Below are positions 14,750 through 27,268 of a stretch of DNA of 64,000 bases, one piece after another; within the stretch, counting starts at the first letter, position 1; each line of letters starts with the position of its first letter. Both the position numbers and the translations under genes were made by a program. The notes under the pieces were generated by a model, which saw nothing but the letters and a program-made list of their open reading frames with translations, did not search any database and had not been told where the DNA came from. This DNA is from Eledone cirrhosa. Its lineage: Eukaryota. The DNA lies in contig OZ024755.1 in NCBI GenBank assembly GCA_964016885.1, forward strand, positions 3,782,001-3,846,000, written 5' to 3'.

Positions 14750-14829
14750 ATATCTATAATTTGTAATAAACGAAGCCAAATTTTACATATTTGACTTAAT
14801 TATTTTATATATGTATATATATATACATA

Positions 14830-15133
14830 CGAGGAGAGCCGGCGGAAATCTTCATAGGCTGACCAAGGTACTCTCATGGAATGACCAGCATAGTCCCTGG
14901 AAAGAACCAATGCAGTTATTAATTTCACAGTTCTAGCATTATTCCTTCATAGTCAGCCTATGACCAAGATACTCTCATGGAATGACCAAATGAGGTTTAT
15001 TTTTCAACATAGTCCCTGGAAAGAAACAATGCATTTATTAATTAATAAAGAGTCGAAATAAATGCATGTAAGATTTCACACCTCTAGCATCAATCCTTCA
15101 TAGTCTGTCTATAAGCTTTTCAGCCGAATCTCC
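14830..15133. mobile_element. Mariner-type MITE with internal duplication (same family as 32303-32466)
   Basis: TA-CGAGG terminus; gaccaagatactctcatggaatgacc-type block present twice. Confidence 0.7.
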
Positions 15134-15312
15134 TATAATATGTTCACCTTTCCCTCTAGAGACATCCCTCCCATCCTCACCTCACCCCACACCCACACCT
15201 GAAATTGTCTTTCGATCTCTTCTACTTATCGCTTGTTTACACAACTTTTGTCATTCGATTTTAACTTGCAATGTATTTGAAGTAACTCTAATTCCCTCCC
15301 TTTGTTTTTCAG

Positions 15313-15328
15313 ACTCTCCATCATTTCG
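15313..15328 (+). other. Candidate 16-nt microexon ACTCTCCATCATTTCG
   Basis: Branch-point-like ctctaat (15286-92), pyrimidine tract tccctccctttgtttttcAG, donor G|GTAAGT. Confidence 0.45.
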
Positions 15329-15464
15329 GTAAGTAAATTATTTCTATTGAATTTTTTTCTTTTATTTCCTATTTACCTCTTTCAAGATAAAAGACTATTT
15401 TTCTTTGCATGAAAGAAGACGAACGAGTCGATCAACAGTTTACAACTTATTGTTTCTTATTCGA

Positions 15465-15745
15465 ACCTTTTATATAGAGCCTGCTTTCACATACACACTT
15501 TACACACACTCCAGAGTGCTTAAAACTGTGGACTCTTTTATATACAGAGCCTGCTTTCACATACACAGACTTTAGCGTAGCTAAAACTATAGAATCTTTT
15601 CTACATAAAGCCTACATCACATATACACTCTTTACACACACTTTATCGTGCCTAAAACTGTAGAATGTTTTACATATAGAGCCTGCTTCACACACACACG
15701 CTTTACACACACTTTATCGTGCCTAAAACAGTGGAATTCTTTTCC
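15465..15745. repeat. Degenerate ~60-70-bp tandem repeat, ~4 copies
   Basis: agagcctgctttcacatacac...taaaactgtgga-type unit recurs. Confidence 0.8.
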
Positions 15746-15919
15746 AATAGCTCCAAAATACAGACCAATTCTTTAGTTTTTTAATAAGATGAAAGAGATG
15801 AGCAAATGATTCGATAGAAAAGAACAATATTTGTTTTTGTAGAAGGCTGGCATATTTGATTGATTACTACAGTGTGTGTGTTGTGTGTGTGTGAAAGAGA
15901 GGGAGAGAGAGAGACATGA

Positions 15920-16033
15920 TTCCAGGCCTCATTTACTTACCGAATGGGGTGGAAATCGTCAAATCGGCCCAAGGAAACAATGTTCCCATTGGTCATTTCG
16001 TTGTTGATATTATCTACCGGTCGTAAATCCTGG
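15920..16033. repeat. Unclassified dispersed repeat (second copy at 42460-42572)
   Basis: ccag.cctcatt.actta...gggtgga..tcgtcaaat.gg.cc.aggaaacaatgtt shared. Confidence 0.75.
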
Positions 16034-16062
16034 TAGGTAGTGAGAACAACCTGAAATAAAGT

Positions 16063-16584
16063 GTACCTAGAAAGTTCCTCTCCGAGGTACAAACCTGGGC
16101 AAGGTGTGTTTGTAGAAGACCAACAGTCACCTATGTATACCAGTCTTCCCTCACTCCATACCACCGATGTTGTCCAAGGTAAAGGTAATGGCTGATACAA
16201 GCTCGGCACCAGTGACATTGTAACTCATATCGGTCGCTTGGCAGTATCGGTAGGGCGTCGGACGCCATGCTTTGATGCATAGAGTTACGGCCCTTTATGA
16301 TCTGAGTTCAAATCCCGCCGAGGTTAACTTTGCCTTTCATCCTTACGGGGTCGATAAAGTAAAGTACAAGTCACACGCTGGGGTCGATTTAATCGACTTT
16401 CCCCTCCCTCAAAATTGATGGCCTTGTGCCTATATAAGAAACCATTATGACTCATATCTACAGGTGAGTGAACTGGAACAACATGAAATAAAGTGTCTTG
16501 CTCAAGAACACAACCCAAAGCCCGATCTGAAAATCGAACTTCCAGCCTCACGATTGAAAGCCTGACGCTCTAACCATTATGCCC
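16063..16584 (-). mobile_element. SINE-B with tail type 1, interrupted by a SINE-A insertion
   Basis: Head and CORE-like part at 16450-16584, tail at 16063-16231; related tail fragment at ~34165-34280. Confidence 0.8.
16232..16449 (+). mobile_element. SINE-A long form, nested, with 9-bp TSD
   Basis: TSD actcatatc at 16223-16231 and 16450-16458. Confidence 0.92.
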
Positions 16585-18076
16585 TCAATTATTGACATAC
16601 CTGTTACCTCTCATACGGTATTAGTATGGTCTGTATCATACTAATACCGTTCTATTCTCTCATCTTTGTTAGCTGTCTAAAGGTTACAACAAATATAGCT
16701 GACTCTTCTTTAAGAACACCAGGTGTTTCCTTCTTCCTTCTCTTTTTAACTTTTATTTAGTCGTATTTCACTCATGCTGGGTTTTTCTGGTCTCCCCAGC
16801 TTTCACTTAAAACACACATGCATTCGTGCGCTCTCTCTCTCTCTCACACATACACACATGCACATCTGCACACGCATGCACATGCGTCACACACCAACAC
16901 ACGCGTGTGCACGTACACACACACACACACACGCGCACATGCGCACAGCATCATTTAAAAATATAATGATTCAGCAACTTTGTTAGCTTGTATCGAAACA
17001 GTTAAGTTATAAGACGCTATCAAAACATTTCCCATTCTTTCAATGGCGGATTACAGAAAATAAACAAAAAGCAAAAACAAAATGGAAGTGAATTTGTAAT
17101 TTTTTTTCCTTCACTGGCAGAAAGAGACCTGATCAAAATATAATGAAAAACAAATTTACTTTTTAAATTAATGTTCTCTCTATCAAAATAGTAATTGGTT
17201 CGATATCTAAGTGTACGGCATTTGGTTGAATAAACAACCTATAATTTATATAAATTGTGCTTTCATTATGTAATTTTTTTTTCAATTTATCTTTAGTTGT
17301 TCGACTTTATGGTCATCGGTTGTTTTGTGTTTCTCTGGAATGTTCCAGTCTCTTTTTAGCTTTTTAAAATCTGTTTCACTCCCCGCTCTTAATTACTCAC
17401 CCCAACAAAATAAGACAAAACACACAAACATTTATAGTTCGGTATAAATGTCAGTAGTAGCTGAGCAACGGTTTTTCCACAAATTAATTACATCTATCTT
17501 TGTATTTTTGGTCGAAAAAGAAAAAAAAAAAAAATTACTTCTCTTCTCATGCTAGGCAATAAGCAAGTAAACTGCTTAATCAGTTGTTATCGGCGTCTTC
17601 CTAACCCCGGAAGAGACTGAATGAAACTACCGAATTTATGTGTCTCTTTTCAATCTCTCTGATTTCTTAATTTTCTTTTTCTCTCAGGCAGATTTATTTT
17701 AAGATATAAATAGTCCTAAAAAGATTTTATTTGCTTGATAATTGTTGTTGTTGATTACAAAATAATTTATAAGAAATAAACATGATAAAGTGATTTACGG
17801 TCATTCTCGGTTTAAAACGAAAAACGAAAGCAATTCATTCGACTTAATCGAAAGCAATTCATTCGACTTAATCGAAATAGACTGTTAGCAAGATCAGAAT
17901 TATAGGTGACTACAGACAGGGGTTACGTAAACACGTATTTCACTAGAACAAGAGTTCTACCACATTGTAACATAAACATGAATATTTTAATAAAGTACCT
18001 AAGTTCAAGGTAGGTTGAGGGTAATATTTAGAATATTAAGGGAGGTGAACATTTTCTTTTATATATATATATATAT

Positions 18077-18266
18077 GAAAAAATATGACCCCGACAGCAG
18101 AGCTCAAGCCGTTTCGACGGCTATTTCTGGACAGAAATAGCCGTCGAAACGGCTTCAGCTCTGCCGTCGGGGTCATACTTTTTCCTATTTCCCACTCTTC
18201 TACCCTAAGAATTGAGTACTCTGGTGCGTTATGGTCCATCTGGTTCCTTACCACAATTCCTTCGTT
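18077..18266 (+). mobile_element. PLE-type terminus, family C, with 53-bp fold-back and hammerhead 3' half
   Basis: Arms 18077-18129/18132-18184 (3 mismatches); GAA-ACGGC-loop-GCCGT-C-GGGG; (TA)n on both sides. Confidence 0.7.
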
Positions 18267-18334
18267 ATATATATATATATAGATAGATATATCCCCGTAT
18301 ATTATTCAGACTTGAGAATATTTATATGCGCGCA

Positions 18335-18534
<200 letters not shown>

Positions 18535-18624
18535 AAAGAATAACAATGTTGATTATTTCTTCAACTTTTGAAAATTGTCCAAAGTAATTGATCATCAATA
18601 ACTTTGGTTACTTTTTGTAACAAG

Positions 18625-18627
<3 letters not shown>

Positions 18628-18666
<39 letters not shown>

Positions 18667-19119
18667 TGTGTGTACATATGTTAATATCTATATGCATATA
18701 TATTTATGTTTATATATGTATATATATGTATATATTTATGTTTATATATGTATATGTATATATATGTATATATTTATGTTTATATATGTATATATATATA
18801 TATGTATATATTTATGTTTATATATGTATGTTTTTATATACGTGTTTATATATATATATATATATATAATGTTTATATATATATATTTCTAATGTTTATG
18901 TATATATATACTGTATGTTTATATATATATATATATATATTTCTAATGTTTATTTATGTATATATATTTATGTTTATGTATATATATATTTGTTTATGTA
19001 TATATATATTTATGTTTATGTATATATATTTATTTATAATGTTTATGTATATATATTTATTTATAATATTTATGTATATATATTTATTTATAATGTTTAT
19101 GTATATATATATATATAAT

Positions 19120-19158
<39 letters not shown>

Positions 19159-19495
19159 GTTTATGTGTATATATATATATAATGTTTATGTGTATATATA
19201 CATATAATGTTTATGTATATATATATATATTTATAATGTTTATGTATATATATATATATTTATAATGTTTATGTATATAATATATATTTATAATGTTTAT
19301 ATATATATATAATGTTTATGTGTATATATACATATAATGTTTATGTATATATATATATATTTATAATGTTTATGTATATAATATATATTTATAATGTTTA
19401 TGTATATATATTTATAATGTTTATGTATATATATATATATTTATAATGTTTATGTATATATATATATATTTATAATGTTTATGTGTATATATATT

Positions 19496-19541
<46 letters not shown>

Positions 19542-19543
19542 AT

Positions 19544-19583
<40 letters not shown>

Positions 19584-19585
19584 AT

Positions 19586-19629
<44 letters not shown>

Positions 19630-19631
19630 AT

Positions 19632-19673
<42 letters not shown>

Positions 19674-19681
19674 ATGTTTAT

Positions 19682-19713
<32 letters not shown>

Positions 19714-19716
19714 GTT

Positions 19717-19757
<41 letters not shown>

Positions 19758-19760
19758 GTT

Positions 19761-19815
<55 letters not shown>

Positions 19816-19818
19816 GTT

Positions 19819-19870
<52 letters not shown>

Positions 19871-19942
19871 GTTTATGTATTTATATATTTATAATGTTTT
19901 ATATATATATGTATGTATGTATATGTTTATGTATATATATAC
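18628..19942. repeat. (TA)-derived compound repeat with recurring (aa)tgtttatg motif
   Basis: Direct inspection. Confidence 0.95.
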
Positions 19943-21256
19943 ACCATAATTGAGTAAATAACTTTCATGTTCCTGCTGACCATGACAAAATAATCACAGA
20001 TAAAAGTAAGAAAAGATAAGTTAGTCTCAGAGATTCTCTGATATTGGTGAAACGAACAAAAAACAAAGAAACCAGAAAACAAAACGAATAAATGTTATGT
20101 TTCGTCAAAACAGTTTTGTAACAGAGACAGACATAGCCAGACTGTGAACCTGCTAGAAATAGCAACCAACTCTACCTTAATTTAAACCCTATCTTAGATT
20201 GAGAGGGTGAGACAACCAGCAAGGGTACTATACATTCTGCATCAGCAGTATCATCAATAACAACGACAGTATTAACACCAACACCACCACCACCACTAAC
20301 GCCAACACCACCACCACTAACGCCAACAACATCACCACCAACAACATCAACAGTTAATCTCTACTAAAGTAACAAGAGAGAGAAACAATATTTGATATAT
20401 AACTAAATTTGTTGCCGACAAAATATTTAGTCTTAAAAAAAAAAAAACTTAGACATTGTTGGAGCTAACACAAATATCTTTACCATCCATCATCCATTTA
20501 TATATATCGTAGGTGTGTATCACGGCTGGATTTAATCTTATTTTGATATTAACTTCCTCAATCTTTAATAATCAACATTATTCATCTTTGATAATCTCTC
20601 TCTCTCTTTCTTTCTCTCTCTCTCACCAGAAGATGTAACTGTCAGCTTGGTAAACTTTAACAATCTGTCGTCAGCAGCCATTACTAAACCAATGACAGCA
20701 AGATGTTGTTGGTTATTGCTGTTGTTGTTGTTGTTGTTGTTATTGTTGTGTTTTCACTCTAGGCCAACTCTAAATAATCTTATGTTCTCAGCGCCGCCAT
20801 CCATCCATGACCTTTCCATATTTATGTTTAGACACCGCAGACTTTGACTATTGTCAAAGTGTGGAGGCTTGAAGGAAGAATATGGCCGCTTTTTCTAGCA
20901 TACCAGAGACGACATTGGGGTTTTCTTGATGACTCAATGGTTATATGAAACACAATGCGTAGGGCGGTGGATTGGCAGATTCGGTAGAGCGCCGGACAAC
21001 ATGCTTTGTGGTACATATTTACGACTTTCTGCCTTCTGAGTTGAAATCCCTTTAAACCAGTTGGTTAGGGTTGAGTTAATTTGGGTTAGTGTTAAGTTTA
21101 CGAAATATTAAAACATTATTTTTTGACGAAACAAGATGTAGTGTTCTCTTTTGTCTGATACCGACATCTTTTTTTGTCTGCATTCGTTATATATATATAA
21201 ATAACATAAAAATAGCGTAGACATACAATACAATGGGAGGAAACATAATAGTACCA

Positions 21257-21284
21257 CTGATGATGTTGCAGATGTGCAACGAAA
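21257..21284 (+). ncRNA. Partial hammerhead core (CUGAUGA-stem II-GAAA); 3' part missing
   Basis: CTGATGA T GTTGCA gatg TGCAAC GAAA; no stem III or stem I follows. Confidence 0.45.
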
Positions 21285-21419
21285 GAATTTTGATAGACTA
21301 TATATATATATTTATATCTGTATTTTTAACCGTTGGTCAAGAAATGATAAACATTGATTGCCAAATAAATTAACTATGGAGATATAAAAGATACAGAAGC
21401 GAAAACCAACCAAACAGTG

Positions 21420-21485
21420 AGTGTGTTCTGTTATTATTTCTGGCAATATTATTACAACAATATGACCCTCCTCAAGTATAACAAA
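21420..21485. repeat. TA-abutting dispersed terminus, family G (reverse copy at 44478-44542)
   Basis: tgttctgttattatttctggcaatattattacaacaatatgaccctcc.caagtataacaa nearly identical in both copies. Confidence 0.8.
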
Positions 21486-21713
21486 ATATATATATACATA
21501 TATATGTATATATATATATATACATATATACATATATAGATATATATATGTATGTATGTATGTATGTTGGTAATCGGCTAGCCAAGGATTCTTCCTCGTG
21601 TTCATTTAACTAATAGTTCTTACGAAATACAGGAGTAAACTTCTTCAGAAACCTCCCAGTAAAACACCATCTAAAACCAGTTAGCACGCACGCACGCATG
21701 CACGCACCGGTCG

Positions 21714-21879
21714 GGGGTCGGACGCCATGCTTTGACACATTGAGTTACGGCCCATGCCATTCTGAGTTCAAATCCCGCCGAGGTTAACTATGCCTTTCAT
21801 CCTTACGGGGTCGATAAAATAAAGTACCAGTAATGTACTGGGTAATTGCTGGCCTTGTGCCAAAAGTAGAAACAATTAT
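21714..21879 (+). mobile_element. SINE-A
   Basis: Family match. Confidence 0.9.
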
Positions 21880-22385
21880 GTAAGCGGAGAGGGAGAGAGA
21901 TACTGATATATACGTCTATATGTATATATCAGTGTGTTGTGTGCGAGAGTGTGTGTGTTTCACGTTGAAGATAAACTACTACTACTACTACTACCACAAA
22001 AAAAACCCACAAAAAAAAGATGGGTGGTGGACGAAAAGTAAGAAATGCGATAACAAAGGAAATCTGTGTATCATAGACAAAGTATTTCTTAATTCCGTGA
22101 CTAGTTGTAAAGAAGAGTGAAACGTTGCCAAAGAAAGAAAGGTAGAAGAAGATAACTGTGATAATATTCTAGAATATCTCATGAAAGCGTCTCTATTAAC
22201 AGTCGCTGCCATTACTCCATAACTGGTTGAGATAATTTAAAGTGAACCCAAAGGAAATCATCAAATTTAGAAATGTCTAAATATACATTCCTCGCCTTAC
22301 GAATATCCTACTTGCGAACTTCCGCAGATACGAACAGTCTCATGAAGAAAAATATTTTGTGTGAGTTTGTAATTCGCGTTTTTGC

Positions 22386-22655
22386 AAGTAGCTTTATAAT
22401 TATGAATTTTCATAAGATTTTCGTAGCTGTCTCTGTGGGCCAGCGGTAGGTACTAGAGACGGTGGAGATCCTGGTCTTGGGTTCAATCCCGGTCAAGATG
22501 TACATGTAACCTTCTTCAGTTTTTATTTTACAACCAATAGAAAAAAACTGAAACGGATTACCTGGAACCCTACTCCAACCAGGATCGAACTTCAGACCAG
22601 GATCACCGAGACAAGTACAAAAGTATAATGAAAATTAATAATTATAAACCTACTT
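22386..22655. repeat. Diverged inverted repeat with tRNA-like (Pol III box) arms
   Basis: B-box GGTTCAATCCC (+) and AGTTCGATCCT (-), each followed by ttcagttttt; AT-rich outer arms also inverted. Confidence 0.6.
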
Positions 22656-22730
22656 TTCTCTCCTGGCAACCAATATTTTTAGACCCAGACCGCCACTGTA
22701 AATATATATATAGCCGTAAATATATATATA

Positions 22731-22866
22731 GCCAGAAATAGCCGTCGAAACGGCTTGAGCTCTGCCGTCGGGGTCATACTTTTTCCTATTCCCACTCTAC
22801 TACCTTAAGTATTGAGTACTCTGGTGCGTTATGGTCCATTTGGTTCCTTACCACTATTCTTTTGTT
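22731..22866 (+). mobile_element. PLE-type terminus, family C (no fold-back)
   Basis: Near-identical to 18132-18266; starts at the same point, cagaaatagccgtcGAAAC. Confidence 0.7.
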
Positions 22867-22879
22867 ATATATATATGTT

Positions 22880-23042
22880 GATGGCTGCCCCCTTGTTATA
22901 GATTATGGCCATTGCACTATATACCATTATTAGTAATTATTAATTAATTCCATCGTGCAATGCCTGTGAAGAAAGACTGTGCACTAAGCCAATCCCACTC
23001 TCTGAGCGACAGTAACTATAGCCCGAAAAGAAGAAAAGATCA
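22880..23042. repeat. Unclassified dispersed repeat with internal hairpin (second copy at 34660-34843)
   Basis: gatggct..cccct.gttat...cattgcac...gtgcaatg...gccaatcccactctctgagcgacagta shared. Confidence 0.8.
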
Positions 23043-23819
23043 ACGAAGGTTTTATATATATGTATGTTCTAAACGATTCTGAGAATCATTTTCTAACATA
23101 GGAAGAAATTAGTGCCATTTCTTAGAGAAGGAAATTGCAGTTTCAGTCTCTTGAAAATCCCTCCTCTCTAACTTTCCTATTAGTGCAAGATTATATGGGC
23201 CCCTTTTATCGTTTCCATTTATCTAGTATTAGTAACGGTTTGTTTTCAGAATTATGTCTAGAATAAGTATATTTCTCTGAGGCGCATGGACGATGTAGCT
23301 TTGAAGATATCACAGAAAGAAGTCATCGTTGTATCTCAGAATCTCAGCCAAACTTTCTGCTTTAGACATTTTACTCGGTTGAAATTCACTATAAAATAAA
23401 TTGCTCGGGAAGTCTTTGATCTGACATCTAAACGAAGAATAGACTTAACGTTTAAGCGCATGCAGAGCTCAGGGATATCGAGATTGCATACAAAATCTCT
23501 CTCTTTGAAGCACACTAGTTGAAAATAATAACATTATTGGAAGCCTTTAAGAGATTTATTTGATAACAAACATGGTGCAACTTTGCTCTCTATTCTTCGT
23601 GGTTACATTTATGATTTTTATCCAGAATGTTCGAGTTTATTTACTAAACTAAAACTTCTGAACATTATATCATTATGACTATACTATCCAAATAGTACTG
23701 CAAAGAAATATTTAATATTTTGTACTCCTATTTGCCCTTATTTTATTGCTATAAACGTATGGGATAACTAATTATAAGGCAAAACAGTCGACTAGTAACA
23801 TACTAAATAAAAAAGGGTC

Positions 23820-24085
23820 TCTCAAGCTTAGAAGTTCTCAAGTCGGTGCTTATCCTGGTTTTCGTGGCGTTAAAGTGACTAAAGGTACAATACTTCCCAC
23901 TGGATATGACGCCAGTCCATCGCAGGGTCAAACCTCCAGCTATTACTGGTACTCATTTTCAACTGGGTATACTGGAGCAACGTGAAATTAAGTGTTTTTG
24001 CTCAAGAATCCACCATACAACCCAGCCCAGGGATCAAACCCACGACATTATGACCATAATTCCAACACCTTTACCGTTTCTAAGC
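23820..24085 (-). mobile_element. SINE-B with tail type 3 (also 62085-62287 minus; tail only at 41920-42068 plus)
   Basis: CORE-like ttgagcaaaaacactt plus tail seen on + as gacgccagtccatcgcaggg. Confidence 0.75.
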
Positions 24086-24187
24086 CGCCGCCGTTATTGT
24101 TTCTGTTGTTGTTGTTTTTTCACTTAAAAGCTCACACAGAAAACAAAGTAAATTTCTGTAATTGAGATTTTTTCCTTTACAAAAAAA

Positions 24188-24375
24188 TAATTGTTTCTAC
24201 TTTAGACACAAGGCCAGCAATTACTCAGTACATTACTGGTACTTTATTTTATCGACCCCGTAAGGATGAAAGGCAAAGTTAACCTCGGCGGGATTTGAAC
24301 TCAGAATGGCAAGGGACGTAACTCAATGTGTCAAAGCATGGCGTCCGACCCTCTACCGATACTGCCAATCCACCC
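24188..24375 (-). mobile_element. SINE-A, full length
   Basis: Family match. Confidence 0.92.
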
Positions 24376-26107
24376 TTACATAATATTTCTTAGTTCTAAA
24401 GCGGCATGTCGAGTTGATTTTAATATGGGAGAAAGTGTTGTGTAGTATAACTAGAACTGGAAAGATGGCTGTTGAAATACCTTGTATGTACGAGACTCAG
24501 CTGAAAAGTTAATGTCTGCGAACTGTAGGCGAAATACCTTACAATATATATTACAATCTTTCTCTTGTCTGATCTGAGCAGTGACTTTTGTACCATATAT
24601 GTGGACAAATATATATCAGTTATCATCGTCGTTCGTCAGTACTCTTTCTCTCATGTCAGCTTTCATGATCAGTTGTGGTAGCGTGTGATTAGCACAGGGT
24701 TGTGGTGGGATTAGAACCATAGGTGGGATTTGAACTCAAAACGCTAAGAATTGCTGGAACATACGTAATAAAAGAAAAGCGTCTCATCTCCCAACCTATG
24801 AATTCAACCGATCCCCTTCAATGTATTGGTATGTTTTATTTTATCTCCCCACCCACGAAGGTATGAAAATTGAAGCTGACCTCAGTGGGATTTGAACTCA
24901 GAGCTTAGAGAGCCGGAACAGATACCACAAAATATTCTATCAGACGGGCTCTAACCAATTTGCCAATTCGACTATACCTTTTTTTTTTTTTTTTAATGGA
25001 CATTTTTAGTTTGGTGTAAACAATCAACTGCAAAAAGCAGTTTGGCAAGCGTAGGAAGGAATTAAGAAGTTAAGAAAATTTCAATACACACTTAGAAGTT
25101 ATTTTTGTTTTTATTCATCTCAAGTTTCTTATTTTCTCTTCCCTTAAAATACAGAATATTTGTACATAATTAAAGGAAAACAATATCGACAAGACATTGA
25201 TATCGAATTATTTTATAATGTTAAATTTCCATTTTGTTTTCGCGTCAGAAATATTTTTTAAATCCACAAACATTTTTAAATATGGACGTGAAGCTTCTGA
25301 ATGAATATGATATAGAATTATAGAATTATCGATCGTTAACTTCTCATTCCATCCCCTTTTAATGTATTTCTAAATATATGTTAAAAGTGACATAATTCTG
25401 CTGTCTTATTTTAAATAGTTAAGGAATATGTATTAAGCTTATCTGTTCTACGTTTAGCGTGCTGTCCAAGAGAGATAGTGATCCTTCTTTCAACAAGAAA
25501 GACCTCAAACCTAATCAGGATTCTTACAGATAGTTGTATGGTGGCAAAATCAATAAAAAAATAAACACGTAGTTACAAATATTATTGTATATTGTAAGTA
25601 CGAATCTAAGGCAAAAAAGAAAATGGAAACAGACCCATCTCAAATGTGTCAATTCTTCAATATGTTATTGATACAGTTCAAGAATATTAACATTATGTTA
25701 TGTTTTCTGAGTTATATTATAATATCCTTTATCTAAGTTTCAAAGTAGTGTCATTGTTTGATCGAAACAAATTTTGAATCTAGTTCGTCTTGCTTCAATA
25801 ATAATCGGGATAAAGGCGTGTTTTGAATTCGGGAGTTACACCCGTCTTAAATGGTGGATTTTTCATAGAAATTTGATTCAAGGAGGCACTCTAGCATGGC
25901 CGCATTCAGATGACTGAAACCAGCAAAATTAAACAAGAGAAACCGTATGTATGTAAACACACACACGCGTGTGTGTGTGTGCAAAAAGCAAACAGAAATA
26001 TCATATATATATATATATATGAAAAAGGTAAACAGAAATAACAACACAATTGGTACAGTATATGGAAGGGATATATTAGGTTAACGCTTGATATAGCAGG
26101 AAGAGGG

Positions 26108-26143
26108 TCTTAACGTTTCGGACACTAGTCTTTCATCAGAAGA
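26108..26143 (-). ncRNA. Minimal type I hammerhead motif, family H
   Basis: Minus: TCTT CTGATGA AA GAC tagt GTC C GAA ACGT T AAGA; stem I TCTT/AAGA, palindromic ACGT stem III; base of stem II mismatched. Confidence 0.7.
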
Positions 26144-26254
26144 AAGAATGAGAAATAAGATAGATTGAGGGGACGGGTGGGTTGGAATTGGAAAAAATGT
26201 CTTTAGATAAAAATAACAGGTCCATTCATGTGGACATCTCTTGCAAATAAATAA

Positions 26255-26297
<43 letters not shown>

Positions 26298-26317
26298 TAC
26301 ATAGTTAGATAGCTACA

Positions 26318-26388
<71 letters not shown>

Positions 26389-26568
26389 ATGTAATAAACA
26401 ACATAAGACAATTATTCCATTTACCAGAGGTTTCACGAAGCTCGTCTGTCTTCGTGAAACCTCTGGTAAATGGAATAATTGTCTTATGTTGTTTATTACA
26501 TAATTAAATAGCTCTGTAGCATACATAGAGCACTCTCCTTTCCTTTACCCTGCCTACGGAAATACTTC
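26389..26568 (+). mobile_element. PLE-type terminus, family B, with perfect 52-bp fold-back and hammerhead 3' half
   Basis: Arms 26389-26440/26450-26501; GAA-ACC-tct-GGT-A; (TA)n on both sides. Confidence 0.7.
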
Positions 26569-26892
26569 ATATATATATGTATATATTCAAAATAGTGCGT
26601 ACAGGACACACACATACACACACACATATGCGTGTGTGTCTCTATAAACAGTTTGAAAAAACAACTCTTATCTGATTTTTTTCAGTAAAGTCTTCTTTTC
26701 AGAATATTTAATTAGAATAATCCAACTCCTTGTTTTTACCAAATCCGTTTAACTAAACCAGTAATTGTGAATTAAAAGTGAAACAAATATTATTTTCTTT
26801 TTTCTCGTTCCCTCATTAAAATGCATGTTAATGTATGGAGTGGCGTCACTCTTCGTACAAATCCTAACTGGAAAACAAAAAATAATAATAAT

Positions 26893-27098
26893 AGTAATTG
26901 TTTCTGCTATAGGCACAAGGCCAGCAATTTTGGAGGAGGGGAAAGTCGATTAAATTGACCCCAGTGTATTACTGGTACTTTATTTTATCGACCCCCCCCC
27001 CCCCCCCCGTAAAGGCAAAGTTAACCTCAGCGGGATTTGAACTCAGATCATAAAGGGTTGTAACTCTATGCTGTCAAGCATGGCATCCGACCCTCTAC
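26893..27098 (-). mobile_element. SINE-A long form
   Basis: Family match; fused head-to-head to the next copy. Confidence 0.9.
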
Positions 27099-27268
27099 GC
27101 CATGCTTTGCAGCAAAGAGTTACGGCCCTATATGATCTGAGTTCAAATCCCACCGAGGTCAACTTTGCCTTTCATCCTTACGGGGGTCAATGAAATAAAG
27201 TACCAGTAATACACTGGGATAATTGCTGGCCTTGTGCCAAAAGTAGAAACAATTATTATTATTATTAT
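27097..27268 (+). mobile_element. SINE-A short form, 5'-truncated
   Basis: Family match with (ATT)n tail. Confidence 0.9.

Noticed and set aside
23240-23745. Possible decayed hAT transposase
   Set aside because: Only a faint YP...AKKYL resemblance among many stops
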